Below are positions 1 through 8,195 of a DNA stretch of 32,000 bases, in pieces. Each line of letters opens with the position of its first letter. Position 1 is the stretch's first letter. The DNA comes from Archaeoglobus fulgidus DSM 4304 (GTDB lineage: Archaea; Halobacteriota; Archaeoglobi; Archaeoglobales; Archaeoglobaceae). The notes under the pieces are model-generated. The model did no database searches. It had not been told where the DNA came from and saw only the letters and a list, made by a program, of their open reading frames with translations. The position numbers and the translations under genes were made by a program. The stretch spans positions 720,001 to 752,000 of the forward strand of contig NC_000917.1 of NCBI RefSeq assembly GCF_000008665.1. The letters are read 5' to 3'.

Positions 1-1
1 G

Positions 2-46
2 CTCTTTGACCCTAAGAACATCCTCAATCCTGGAAAGGTGGTATAG
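2..46 (+). CDS. C-terminal end of an FAD-linked oxidase (D-lactate/glycolate oxidase-like), truncated by the window edge
   Basis: The first in-frame codons read LFDPKNILNPGKVV*. This matches the typical C-terminus of FAD-linked oxidases (LFDPxxILNPGK). The stop overlaps the GTG start of the next Fe-S gene. Confidence 0.8.
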   Translation, partial: LFDPKNILNPGKVV

Positions 47-333
47 TGGAGGTCAAAGAGATTCTTGAGGAGATTTCACGGTGCTCCTTTTGCGGATTTT
101 GCGAGATGTCCTGCCCCACAAGATTTCTCATTAAAAGAAACTACACGCCGAGAGGGAGAGTTAACACAATTTCCCTTTACCTGAAAGGTCTTGCAACAGA
201 GGAAAGTGTGAACGGTCTTTTTTCCTGTTTGGGATGCGGAGCTTGTGCTGCATTCTGCCCTGCAGGGATAAACATTCCCGAGGTTATTAGGTCATTCAGA
301 AAGTATATGTTGAAGCTGTCAGAGGTGAAGTGA
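46..333 (+). CDS. Small 4Fe-4S ferredoxin-domain protein (N-terminal part of a GlcF/LldE-type iron-sulfur subunit)
   Basis: Two CxxCxxCxxxCP motifs (CSFCGFCEMSCP and CLGCGACAAFCP); GTG start overlaps the upstream stop. Confidence 0.85.
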   Translation: MEVKEILEEISRCSFCGFCEMSCPTRFLIKRNYTPRGRVNTISLYLKGLATEESVNGLFSCLGCGACAAFCPAGINIPEVIRSFRKYMLKLSEVK

Positions 334-1236
334 ATGATCAAGCCTGAGTATGTAGTTAAGTTACTTTCGGAAAACATGAAGAAGACAAGAAACCCCCTCG
401 GAATAAAAAACGAGAAAACCAACAATTGGTGGAAGAAGGTTGAAATCAGCAAGGAAGGGGATTGGCTATTCTTCACCGGGATGCTCTACCAGCTAACGCC
501 CTATATCGAGGCCACTGTAAAATTCTTAGAGAAGATCGAAAACTCCAGACTTCAGGGACTGCTCACACTCTCCAAAGCATTTCCCGTCCCATTCTCACTG
601 CTGAAGGCGATTACCCCAAGAGAGGCCAGGGAAGAGGCTGAAACGATTCTGCAAAAAGTTTACTTTTTACTTGCAAAATCGGTTGACGTCTTCTACGCCC
701 CGCATCTCGACTTTTACAGCGGTATTCTGCTCTACGATTTCGGGCATGACGAAGCTTTTGCAGAACACGCGAAGTTTGTTTGCAAAAGGCTTGAATCCGC
801 AGGAATTGAAAAGATCGTTACCCCTGACCCCCACACAACCTACGCGCTGAAAGTTCTCTATCCGAAGTTTACGGGAGTGGAGTTTGATGTTAAAAGCTAC
901 ATTGAGCTGCTGAGCGATGCAAAAAGCCTGTTTAATGAGGAGTTCGTAATTCACGACCCGTGCTACTACGGCCGCTATCTCGAGCTATCGGACAGAGTGA
1001 GAGAAGTTCTCAACTGCGCTGGAGTCAAATACAGAGGCGTCAGGTATTCCGGAAGGCTGACAAACTGCTGCGGAGGTCCTGTGGAGGCTTTATCTCCGAA
1101 AATATCAAGAGAAATAGCGAGGTTAAGGGTGGAGGAGCTTGGAAATTCGCGAATAATAACATTCTGCCCCATCTGCCTTGCAAATCTGAGGAGAGCGGGT
1201 GGTAACGCCGTTGACTTCTCGATGGTGGTGGGATGA
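334..1236 (+). CDS. CCG-domain (HdrD/GlcF-like) protein, probable lactate oxidation electron-transfer subunit
   Basis: The C-terminal half has HDPCYYGRYLE...NCCGGPVE...CPIC. It directly abuts the upstream ferredoxin gene (stop 331-333, ATG 334). Confidence 0.8.
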   Translation: MIKPEYVVKLLSENMKKTRNPLGIKNEKTNNWWKKVEISKEGDWLFFTGMLYQLTPYIEATVKFLEKIENSRLQGLLTLSKAFPVPFSLLKAITPREAREEAETILQKVYFLLAKSVDVFYAPHLDFYSGILLYDFGHDEAFAEHAKFVCKRLESAGIEKIVTPDPHTTYALKVLYPKFTGVEFDVKSYIELLSDAKSLFNEEFVIHDPCYYGRYLELSDRVREVLNCAGVKYRGVRYSGRLTNCCGGPVEALSPKISREIARLRVEELGNSRIITFCPICLANLRRAGGNAVDFSMVVG

Positions 1237-1604
1237 AGATTGTAGAAGCTCTGAAGGCGAACGGAGTGGAGGTTATTATTACCGAGAAAGCTGATGTTCT
1301 GATAAAGAATTTTGAGAATGCTCACATAAGCTATGCGTTGAGTGCGGATGAAAAGACAGGAGTCATCTTTTTTGGAGGCTTCGAGGAAAAGATGAAGGCC
1401 GGACTTGCCGAGCACCATGTTGCGATTCTGAAGGAGGAGGACGTGAAAGAAAACATACTGCTGGCCTACGAACACGCTCGAAGAAAATCCGACGTTCTTT
1501 TTGCCTCAAGCAGTGCCTCAAAGACTGCGGACATTGAAGGAAAGACCGTCTTCGGCATGCACGGGCCGAGAAAGTTCACGGTAGTGCTGGTGGTGAGAAA
1601 GTGA
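1233..1604 (+). CDS. LUD-domain protein (LutC/LldG-like)
   Basis: 123 aa. KADVLIKNFENAHISYALSADEKTGVIFFGG and FGMHGPRKFTVVLV resemble the C-terminal LUD fold. Start and stop overlap neighbouring genes by 4 nt on both sides. Confidence 0.7.
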   Translation: MKIVEALKANGVEVIITEKADVLIKNFENAHISYALSADEKTGVIFFGGFEEKMKAGLAEHHVAILKEEDVKENILLAYEHARRKSDVLFASSSASKTADIEGKTVFGMHGPRKFTVVLVVRK

Positions 1605-2695
1605 ACATCTACGATGCTTTGCGGAGAAAATCCATAAAGGAGGGAATACTCAGGTCTCTAAGAAATCTGAGTGAGAACGTCAGAAGAAACGTCGAAAACC
1701 ACCCCTACCTTATCGACTTTGCCGAAGATGTGAAAAGCGCAAAACTGAAAGTTGCCGAGAACTACGATTTCTGGATCGATAAGGCCAAAGATGTGCTTGA
1801 GTCACGCGGAGTTAACGTTTACTATGCAGAGAGTGCTGAAGAAGCAAGGAAAATAGCGGGCAAAGTTGTTGGTGAGGGAAAGCTCGTCGTCAAGGCGAAG
1901 TCGATGGTTTCGGAGGAAATTCACCTGAGAGAGTGGCTGGAGAAGATCGGAAACGAGGTCTGGGAGACCGACTTAGGAGAGCTGATAGTTCAGGTTGCAG
2001 GAGATAAGCCGATGCACATGGTGATTCCGGCTCTACACTACTCGGAACAGGAAGTTGGGGAAATCCTGAAAAGGATTGGTGTTGAAGGAGAGAGTGCCGA
2101 GGTTCTGGCCAGAGAAGTCAGAAAGTTCATGAGGGAGAAGTTCCTTAAGGCCGATGTCGGTGTTTCGGGCTGCAACGCCTTCTCCGCAGAGACGGGAAGG
2201 ATATTTCTGATTGAGAATGAGGGTAACATCAGGCTGTCAACCTCCCTTCCGAAAACCTACCTCGCACTGGTCAGCATTGAAAAGATCCTGCCAACAGATG
2301 AGCTCTGTTTGAAATCAATCTGCGTGCAGTCTGCTTTTTTCGGCACGTTTCCGCCTGCATACATCAACGTTAACGAGAAGGTTCAGCAGCAGGACATGCA
2401 CGTCATACTCCTCGATAATGGCAGGAAAAACACGCAGTTCAGGGAGCAGCTCGCCTGCGTCAGATGCGGAAGGTGTCAACTCGAATGCCCGGTTTTCCAG
2501 CTTGCAGGGAACGTGTGGGGCGGAGAAGTTTACGGAGGGCCGATGGGGATGATTTGGAGCGCGATAACCGATGCTATAACTGACTACTGCTTCCTCTCGA
2601 CACTCTGCGGAAAGTGCAGGGAAGTCTGCCCGATGAAGATAGACATGCCGAGGATGATTAGGGAAATCAGGAAGCTCGCATTAAAGCTCGACTAA
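1601..2695 (+). CDS. LutB/LldF-like iron-sulfur protein (LUD domain plus 4Fe-4S ferredoxin domain)
   Basis: LVVKAKSMVSEEIHLREWLEKIGNEVWETDLGELIVQ is LutB-like. The C-terminus has CVRCGRCQLECPVF and CGKCREVCPMKIDMPRMI. Confidence 0.88.
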   Translation: MNIYDALRRKSIKEGILRSLRNLSENVRRNVENHPYLIDFAEDVKSAKLKVAENYDFWIDKAKDVLESRGVNVYYAESAEEARKIAGKVVGEGKLVVKAKSMVSEEIHLREWLEKIGNEVWETDLGELIVQVAGDKPMHMVIPALHYSEQEVGEILKRIGVEGESAEVLAREVRKFMREKFLKADVGVSGCNAFSAETGRIFLIENEGNIRLSTSLPKTYLALVSIEKILPTDELCLKSICVQSAFFGTFPPAYINVNEKVQQQDMHVILLDNGRKNTQFREQLACVRCGRCQLECPVFQLAGNVWGGEVYGGPMGMIWSAITDAITDYCFLSTLCGKCREVCPMKIDMPRMIREIRKLALKLD

Positions 2696-2705
2696 TTAGC
2701 AAAAT

Positions 2706-2846
2706 TTATTCCTCCATCTCCCTAACTGGTTCGGGACTGTAGTGCTTGGCAAGCTTCTCCAGAAAGTCCTCAAAGCTTATTTTGTCCAGCAATCCCCAGT
2801 CGAAGAGCTCCTCCCTGACCTCAATGTAATCTTTACGGACAGCCAA
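2706..2846 (-). CDS. Possible unannotated small protein (46 aa, TTG start)
   Basis: Manual reverse-strand translation: LAVRKDYIEVREELFDWGLLDKISFEDFLEKLAKHYSPEPVREMEE*. It fills most of the gap between two plus-strand genes and has protein-like composition. It is missing from the supplied ORF track. Confidence 0.35.
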   Translation of the reverse strand: MAVRKDYIEVREELFDWGLLDKISFEDFLEKLAKHYSPEPVREMEE

Positions 2847-2885
2847 AATCCGCCAGATTTTTTAACAAGCCTTAGACGAAGGGGC

Positions 2886-3638
2886 ATGGAAGTTGAGTAT
2901 CCGGAAAGCGCAAAAATAATCTTTCCAAAACCCGAATACTGGTTCAGATGGGAGCAGAGGTACGTTTACGAGGATGTCGACAAGGGCGAGGTTTTCTTTC
3001 TCGACGGCTACGGAAAGCTGCACGAAGGTATTGGCAGCTATGAGGCGCAGGTTTTTCTGAACGAGAACAGAGAGGTTGTTTCAGTTTTCTACCAGCGTCT
3101 CGCCCCCTACGACACGAAATGGGAGAAGGACAGAGAAGGATGGACGTGGTTTCTGAAGGGCTCCGGGAAGCTTGTCTTCGATACTGAAATAGTCTCCTTC
3201 GACTACCCCCTCGTGCTCGGAAAAAGGTGGAGAAGCGAGGGTAGAATGGGGGCAATGACGGTGGAGTCGAGGGGTGTGGTTATAGCTTACATCTCACCTG
3301 ATGGAGAGGTTGAGGTTGCTGAGGGCTACAGCTACCAGCCACCAGTCAAGCCTCCAGAGCCGCTTGAGGCGCTGGACTTCATGGGGCTCGACGAGCTTCT
3401 TGAGGTCGGCAAAGCCACAACGACCTGGGATAAAGTGGTGATTCCGGATGGGCCGAGGAAGGGGGAGAACGTTCAGGGCTACTACGTCACGATGGTCGAA
3501 TATCTCCTCAACGGCTCCCTCGCAATGAAAATGGAAATATGGAAGGACGTAAGAGGGTGCGTTCCTGTGATAGCCTACCATCCCGCAGGAATGAGGACTG
3601 AAAGGCAGGTCCTGGTGGCGAGAAGCTGGTGCCTCTAA
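2886..3638 (+). CDS. Hypothetical protein (250 aa)
   Basis: In-frame ORF. The start at ATG 2886 (MEVEYPESAKII) is preferred over 2742 because the extra N-terminus is uncharacteristic. A TATA-like ATTTTTTAAC lies about 30 nt upstream. Confidence 0.75.
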   Translation: MEVEYPESAKIIFPKPEYWFRWEQRYVYEDVDKGEVFFLDGYGKLHEGIGSYEAQVFLNENREVVSVFYQRLAPYDTKWEKDREGWTWFLKGSGKLVFDTEIVSFDYPLVLGKRWRSEGRMGAMTVESRGVVIAYISPDGEVEVAEGYSYQPPVKPPEPLEALDFMGLDELLEVGKATTTWDKVVIPDGPRKGENVQGYYVTMVEYLLNGSLAMKMEIWKDVRGCVPVIAYHPAGMRTERQVLVARSWCL

Positions 3639-3652
3639 ATTTTTTAAAAAAG

Positions 3653-5236
3653 CTAAAGCTCGACGTAGGTTGCGTCGATTATTCCATCAAGCTTCGTCAT
3701 CTCCTCAAGCACCTCTGGCGTTGGCGGATCATCTACGAGCAGGAGCATAAGCTGAATTCCTCCCGGCTTGTCTCCGCTCCTCCCAACAATCATCCCCGCT
3801 ATGTTGATGTTGTTCCTGCCGAACAGCGTCCCCACTCTGCCGATGACACCGGGCTTGTCTTCGTGCAGGGAGATGATGTAGTGGCCCTTCGGGACGAAGT
3901 TGACATTGTAAACGTCAATTTTCAGGATTCTGTACTCGTTGCCGAAGCATGTGCCTGCGAGATACATCTCCTTTCCGTTGCTCTCAACCCAAACCTCCAG
4001 CAAGCTCTCGTAGTGCTCCACACTCTCAACCTTGCTTTCCTCAATGGTTATCCCCCTCTCAACTGCTACCGGCTTCGCTGAAACCAGATTTATCTCATTG
4101 CTGAGAATAGGCTCGAAAAGACCTTTGAGGAGCGCTCTCGTAACGAATTCGGTATTCTTGGTTGCAAGCTTTCCGCTGCAGGTCACCTTGACTTTTCTTA
4201 TTGCTCCCCCAAGCCTCACGCTCGCAATCTTCCCCATTTTCTCGGCCAGCGTCAGGAAAGGCATCATAAATTCGAAATCGGAGGGCTCAATGGAGGGCAG
4301 GTTGACTGCATTTCTAACAGGCAGACCCTTCGCCATGTTCACGATGTCCTCCGCAATTATCATCCCCACGTTGAGCTGAGCCTCTCTTGTTGATGCGGCG
4401 ATGTGAGGAGTTGTGACCACATTATCCAGCTTGAGAAGCGGGTTGTCTGGAGATGGCGGCTCCTTTTCGTAAACGTCGAGGGCAGCAGCCGCAACTTTTC
4501 CCGCCTTTATCGCCTCGTAAAGCGCTGCTTCATCGACAATTCCACCTCTGGCAGCGTTGACGACTATCACACCGTCCTTCATCTTTTCAAACTGCCCCTT
4601 TCCAATCAGACCGATGGTTTCCTTCGTTCTCGGAACGTGGACAGTTATGACATCCGATGATGCCAAGAGAGTGTCAAAGTCAACAAGCTTAACCCCAATC
4701 TGCTCGGCCCTCTCCTTGGACACGAAGGGGTCGTAGGCTAAAACGTTCATCTCTAGGGCCTTGCAGCGCTTTGCTACTTCAAAACCAACTCTGCCAAGCC
4801 CGATGACTCCAGCAGTCTTCCCCCTAAGCTCAATTCCCATGAATTTCTTCCTCTCCCACTTCCCCTCCTTGACGCTTCTGTCAGCCTGCGGGATTTTCCT
4901 GGCAGCGGCGAGCATTAGGGCGATTGCATGTTCAGCGGTTGAGATCGTGTTTCCTCCCGGAGCGTTAACAACAACTATTCCCCTCTGCGTTGCGGCGTTG
5001 ATGTCTATGTTGTCCACTCCAACTCCTGCTCTTCCGATAATCTTGAGGTTCTTAGCTGCCTGAATGACTTCAGCATCCACCTTGGTCTGGCTTCTAACGA
5101 CGATGGCCTCATACTTGGGCACTTCCCGAATAAGCTCCTCTCTCGACATTCCTGTTTTTACTTCAACCTCTAATCCGTTTTTGCGCATATAGTCGATGGC
5201 CTCTTCACTGATTGGCTCTGCAACAAGCACTTTCAT
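3653..5236 (-). CDS. serA: D-3-phosphoglycerate dehydrogenase
   Basis: MKVLVAEPISEEAIDYM; NAD-binding GVIGLGRVGFEVAKR; catalytic NVVTTPHIAAST; C-terminal ACT domain HEDKPGVIGRVGTLFG. Start chosen at the internal Met (MKVLV). Confidence 0.96.
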   Translation of the reverse strand: MKVLVAEPISEEAIDYMRKNGLEVEVKTGMSREELIREVPKYEAIVVRSQTKVDAEVIQAAKNLKIIGRAGVGVDNIDINAATQRGIVVVNAPGGNTISTAEHAIALMLAAARKIPQADRSVKEGKWERKKFMGIELRGKTAGVIGLGRVGFEVAKRCKALEMNVLAYDPFVSKERAEQIGVKLVDFDTLLASSDVITVHVPRTKETIGLIGKGQFEKMKDGVIVVNAARGGIVDEAALYEAIKAGKVAAAALDVYEKEPPSPDNPLLKLDNVVTTPHIAASTREAQLNVGMIIAEDIVNMAKGLPVRNAVNLPSIEPSDFEFMMPFLTLAEKMGKIASVRLGGAIRKVKVTCSGKLATKNTEFVTRALLKGLFEPILSNEINLVSAKPVAVERGITIEESKVESVEHYESLLEVWVESNGKEMYLAGTCFGNEYRILKIDVYNVNFVPKGHYIISLHEDKPGVIGRVGTLFGRNNINIAGMIVGRSGDKPGGIQLMLLLVDDPPTPEVLEEMTKLDGIIDATYVEL

Positions 5237-5308
5237 ACCTCTCACGCTCAGGGGCAGAGCTAAAAACTTTTACGATAAAAACTTTTACTCGTCCACCAAT
5301 TTCAGGCT

Positions 5309-5806
5309 GTGAAAGTTGCGGTCACCGGAAGACCGGGAGTGGGGAAGACAACCCTGTGCCTTAAGGTGCACGAGTCGTTGAAGGACAAAATGACTGTAGG
5401 CGGGTTTATTACTAAAGAGGTTCGCAGGGATGGTGTTAGAGTTGGATTCAAGCTCGTTGATTTGAGCTCTGGCAATGAGGAGTGGCTTGCCAGAGTTGGT
5501 GAGGGAAAAGCAAGGGTTGGAAAGTATGCTGTTAACGTTGAGGGGCTTGAGGAGTTTCTGGATTCAGTGAGGACGGATGCTGATTTGGTAATCATTGACG
5601 AAGTGGGGCCAATGGAGCTCAAGAGCAGGAAGTTTGTGAGGTTCGTGGAAAATTTGATGGGGAGAGAAAGGCTGCTCTTCACCATTCACCTCAAATCAAG
5701 GCACAGACTGCTGGACAGAATCAGGAGAGAGTTCAAGGTTTACGTCATCGATGAAAGCAACAGAAACAGGATAGCTGAGGAGATAACCAGAATCTTAGAG
5801 GGGTAG
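5309..5806 (+). CDS. Nucleoside-triphosphatase, THEP1 / COG1618-like
   Basis: Walker A GRPGVGKTTL, Walker B LVIIDEVGPMELKS, and GGFITKEVRRDGVRVGFKLVDL are typical of the family. Confidence 0.9.
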   Translation: MKVAVTGRPGVGKTTLCLKVHESLKDKMTVGGFITKEVRRDGVRVGFKLVDLSSGNEEWLARVGEGKARVGKYAVNVEGLEEFLDSVRTDADLVIIDEVGPMELKSRKFVRFVENLMGRERLLFTIHLKSRHRLLDRIRREFKVYVIDESNRNRIAEEITRILEG

Positions 5807-5807
5807 G

Positions 5808-6857
5808 ATGGAGGTTGAGGAGGGAAGGGCGAGAGTTAAGGTTGAGGGAGTTTTTTACAACCCGAGGATGAGATTCTGCAGAGATCTGGACATGCTTGTT
5901 TTTGCAACAATGGACTCTAAGGAATACTTCGACGCCCTCTCAGCAAGCGGGATAAGGGGAATCAGGGCTGCGCTTGAGGCAGGGAAGAAAGCTGTTTTCA
6001 ACGACGTAAGCCCAAAGGCCGTGAAGGTTATAGAGGAGAATTTAAGGGAGAATGGCGTAAGTGGGGAGGTTATCAACGGCGATGCGGCAGCGGTGATGAG
6101 GCAGAGGGCCTTCGAGCACATAGACATCGACCCTTTCGGCTCTCCAGCCCCATTCATGGATTCAGCCTGCTTCTCTGCAAAGAGGTATCTGAGCGTTACC
6201 GCAACCGACACCGCTGCCCTTTGCGGGAGCGCCACAAACTCCGGCCTGAAAAAATACGGAGCATTCGCTGTGAAAACTGACGTTTACCATGAGGTAGGGC
6301 TGAGGATGCTGATTGGCTTTGTTGTGAGAGAGGCAACGAAATACGAGAAAGCTTTGTTTCCCCTCATATCTTGGGTGAGGGAGCACTACTACAGGGTTCA
6401 CTTCAAAATTAAGAAGTCCACAGCAATGTCGGCAAAGGTTTACGAGAAAATGGGCTACTTAGCTTACTGCAGCACCTGCCTGAGGAAAAAGGTGCTGGGA
6501 ATGGGTGAGGGGGCGGAGAGGTGTGAATGTGGTGGGAAATTCAGCCTAATCGGTCCAATCTGGCTGGGAGAGCTCAAGCAGAGGGATTTTGCTGAGAAGG
6601 TTGCAGAAAAGGCTGAGGGGAAGCTGAGAGCGTTTCTTGAAAAAATATTGGCTGAGATTGATGCTCCGACTGCCTACAGCCTCCCAGCGCTGGCAAAAAT
6701 CCACTCTCTCACTCTCCCACCGACCGATGTGGTTGTTGAGGAGCTCAAAAAGCTCGGCTACGAAGCTTCAAGGACGCACTACTGCGGTTTCTGTGTTAAG
6801 ACAGATGCGGACAGGGATGTGGTTGTAAAAATTTTAAGAAGTAGAAAAATTATTTAG
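5808..6857 (+). CDS. trm1: tRNA (guanine-26 N2)-dimethyltransferase
   Basis: FYNPRMRFCRDLDM, DALSASGIRGIRAALEAG, IDIDPFGSPAPFMDSA, a zinc-like CSTC...CECGG segment, and TATDTAALCG are characteristic of Trm1. Confidence 0.95.
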   Translation: MEVEEGRARVKVEGVFYNPRMRFCRDLDMLVFATMDSKEYFDALSASGIRGIRAALEAGKKAVFNDVSPKAVKVIEENLRENGVSGEVINGDAAAVMRQRAFEHIDIDPFGSPAPFMDSACFSAKRYLSVTATDTAALCGSATNSGLKKYGAFAVKTDVYHEVGLRMLIGFVVREATKYEKALFPLISWVREHYYRVHFKIKKSTAMSAKVYEKMGYLAYCSTCLRKKVLGMGEGAERCECGGKFSLIGPIWLGELKQRDFAEKVAEKAEGKLRAFLEKILAEIDAPTAYSLPALAKIHSLTLPPTDVVVEELKKLGYEASRTHYCGFCVKTDADRDVVVKILRSRKII

Positions 6858-8106
6858 CAAAAATTCCCGGTGGGCATGCAAGGTATATACCCCTAACACC
6901 ATCCAGCTCAACAGCATCCCTTTTCTTCCCCTTGATCAAGTCCCAGACCCACTCGTAAACCCGATAGTTGTGGATGTTCTTTTCGTAAAACCACGGATAG
7001 GCAAGAATGGTGTGTTCTGTTCCGAGGGGTAGATATCTGAAGAAGTTGTGTCTGTGCATGGCCTTTATTTCGCATGCCTTATTCAGCAGCAAATCTCTGA
7101 ACTGCTCCTCAGTGTAGCCGTTGAAGAAAACCCCGATGGTGTAGTCCATCTGGTCCTCGTAGAGGGCAAACCTGCTGTCGGGGTAGTGGTCAAGGAAGTA
7201 GTCAACGAAGAAGATTGGGTCCCTGTCCCCAAGAAAATCTTGGGCATCATCAGGGAGATTATCGTAGGCTCCCCACGTTTCATTGAGAGTTTCAATACCA
7301 AACAACATTTGTATTGTAAAGTTGCTTTGGTTTACGTTTAATCCCGGCCCTGCATCGTCTATTGCCAAAATCGGCTTTCCAAAGATTTCTCTCGCATAGA
7401 AAGAGTGAACAATCGTTCCGTAACCTCCAGCACTTGAACCTGCAATGACAACCTTATCAAAGTCGCCCTGTTCAGCAGCCCACCTTATGGCTGTTATAGC
7501 GTTAACGAAGCCGACGTGGTGGACTGTGAAGTTAATTGAGCAATCCACTTGGCTGAGGTTGTAGGGGTTGTAGTAACAGTATTTCACTACCCTGTTCCCC
7601 CAGTGCACGTCGCCGGTCGAATAGGGAACGAAAACAATCGTCCAGTCCCTGAAGGGGTTGTCCGGATTCGCTCGGTCGAAGATGCCGTACCTGTAGTGGT
7701 AGCTTACCACCCATGGATTCGGATTCAGAGTGGTTACCGTGGCTGTTGGTGTGGCATTACAGCTCGCATGGTCAACGTACTGCCCCATTCCGCAGGTGTA
7801 GAAGTCGCTGCAAGCCCCACCCCCTTCGAGGTAAATCAGGATGTTGTTTGAAGAGCCTCTGCTCACCGCAATAAAAGTCGCATCACCAGTGCCGGATGTA
7901 CAGTTTGGATAGGGGAGGTACAAGAAGCTCCAGTTGATTCCATCAGACGGGTCATCCACCGGAATATCGCCCAGGTTGTCTATCGAAGAGACGTCGATTT
8001 CAAAAGGATTGGCGTGGTGCTCTTCCACAACTCTCGTCCCCGGCATCAATAACGCCTGCGCAGGAACAGCAAGCAGCAAAACCAGAATGCACAACCACCA
8101 GCGCAT
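6850..8106 (-). CDS. Secreted pectinacetylesterase/Notum-like serine hydrolase
   Basis: N-terminal signal peptide MRWWLCILVLLLAVPAQA, oxyanion-region IYLEGGGACSDFYTCG, nucleophile motif AGSSAGGYGT, and a late conserved His in LPLGTEHTIL. Confidence 0.8.
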   Translation of the reverse strand: MRWWLCILVLLLAVPAQALLMPGTRVVEEHHANPFEIDVSSIDNLGDIPVDDPSDGINWSFLYLPYPNCTSGTGDATFIAVSRGSSNNILIYLEGGGACSDFYTCGMGQYVDHASCNATPTATVTTLNPNPWVVSYHYRYGIFDRANPDNPFRDWTIVFVPYSTGDVHWGNRVVKYCYYNPYNLSQVDCSINFTVHHVGFVNAITAIRWAAEQGDFDKVVIAGSSAGGYGTIVHSFYAREIFGKPILAIDDAGPGLNVNQSNFTIQMLFGIETLNETWGAYDNLPDDAQDFLGDRDPIFFVDYFLDHYPDSRFALYEDQMDYTIGVFFNGYTEEQFRDLLLNKACEIKAMHRHNFFRYLPLGTEHTILAYPWFYEKNIHNYRVYEWVWDLIKGKKRDAVELDGVRGIYLACPPGIFAK

Positions 8107-8195
8107 GTCTCAATTAAACATTACGAAAATATAATCTTTTCGGAGTTTTTATAAAAATGATAATAGTAATTGTTATTACCATGAAAAATAAGAAA

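Noticed and set aside
2742-2885. N-terminal extension of the hypothetical ORF (MLGKLLQKVLKAYFVQQSP...)
   Set aside because: ATG 2886 has a TATA-like element at suitable distance, and the extension overlaps the better-looking reverse-strand small ORF.
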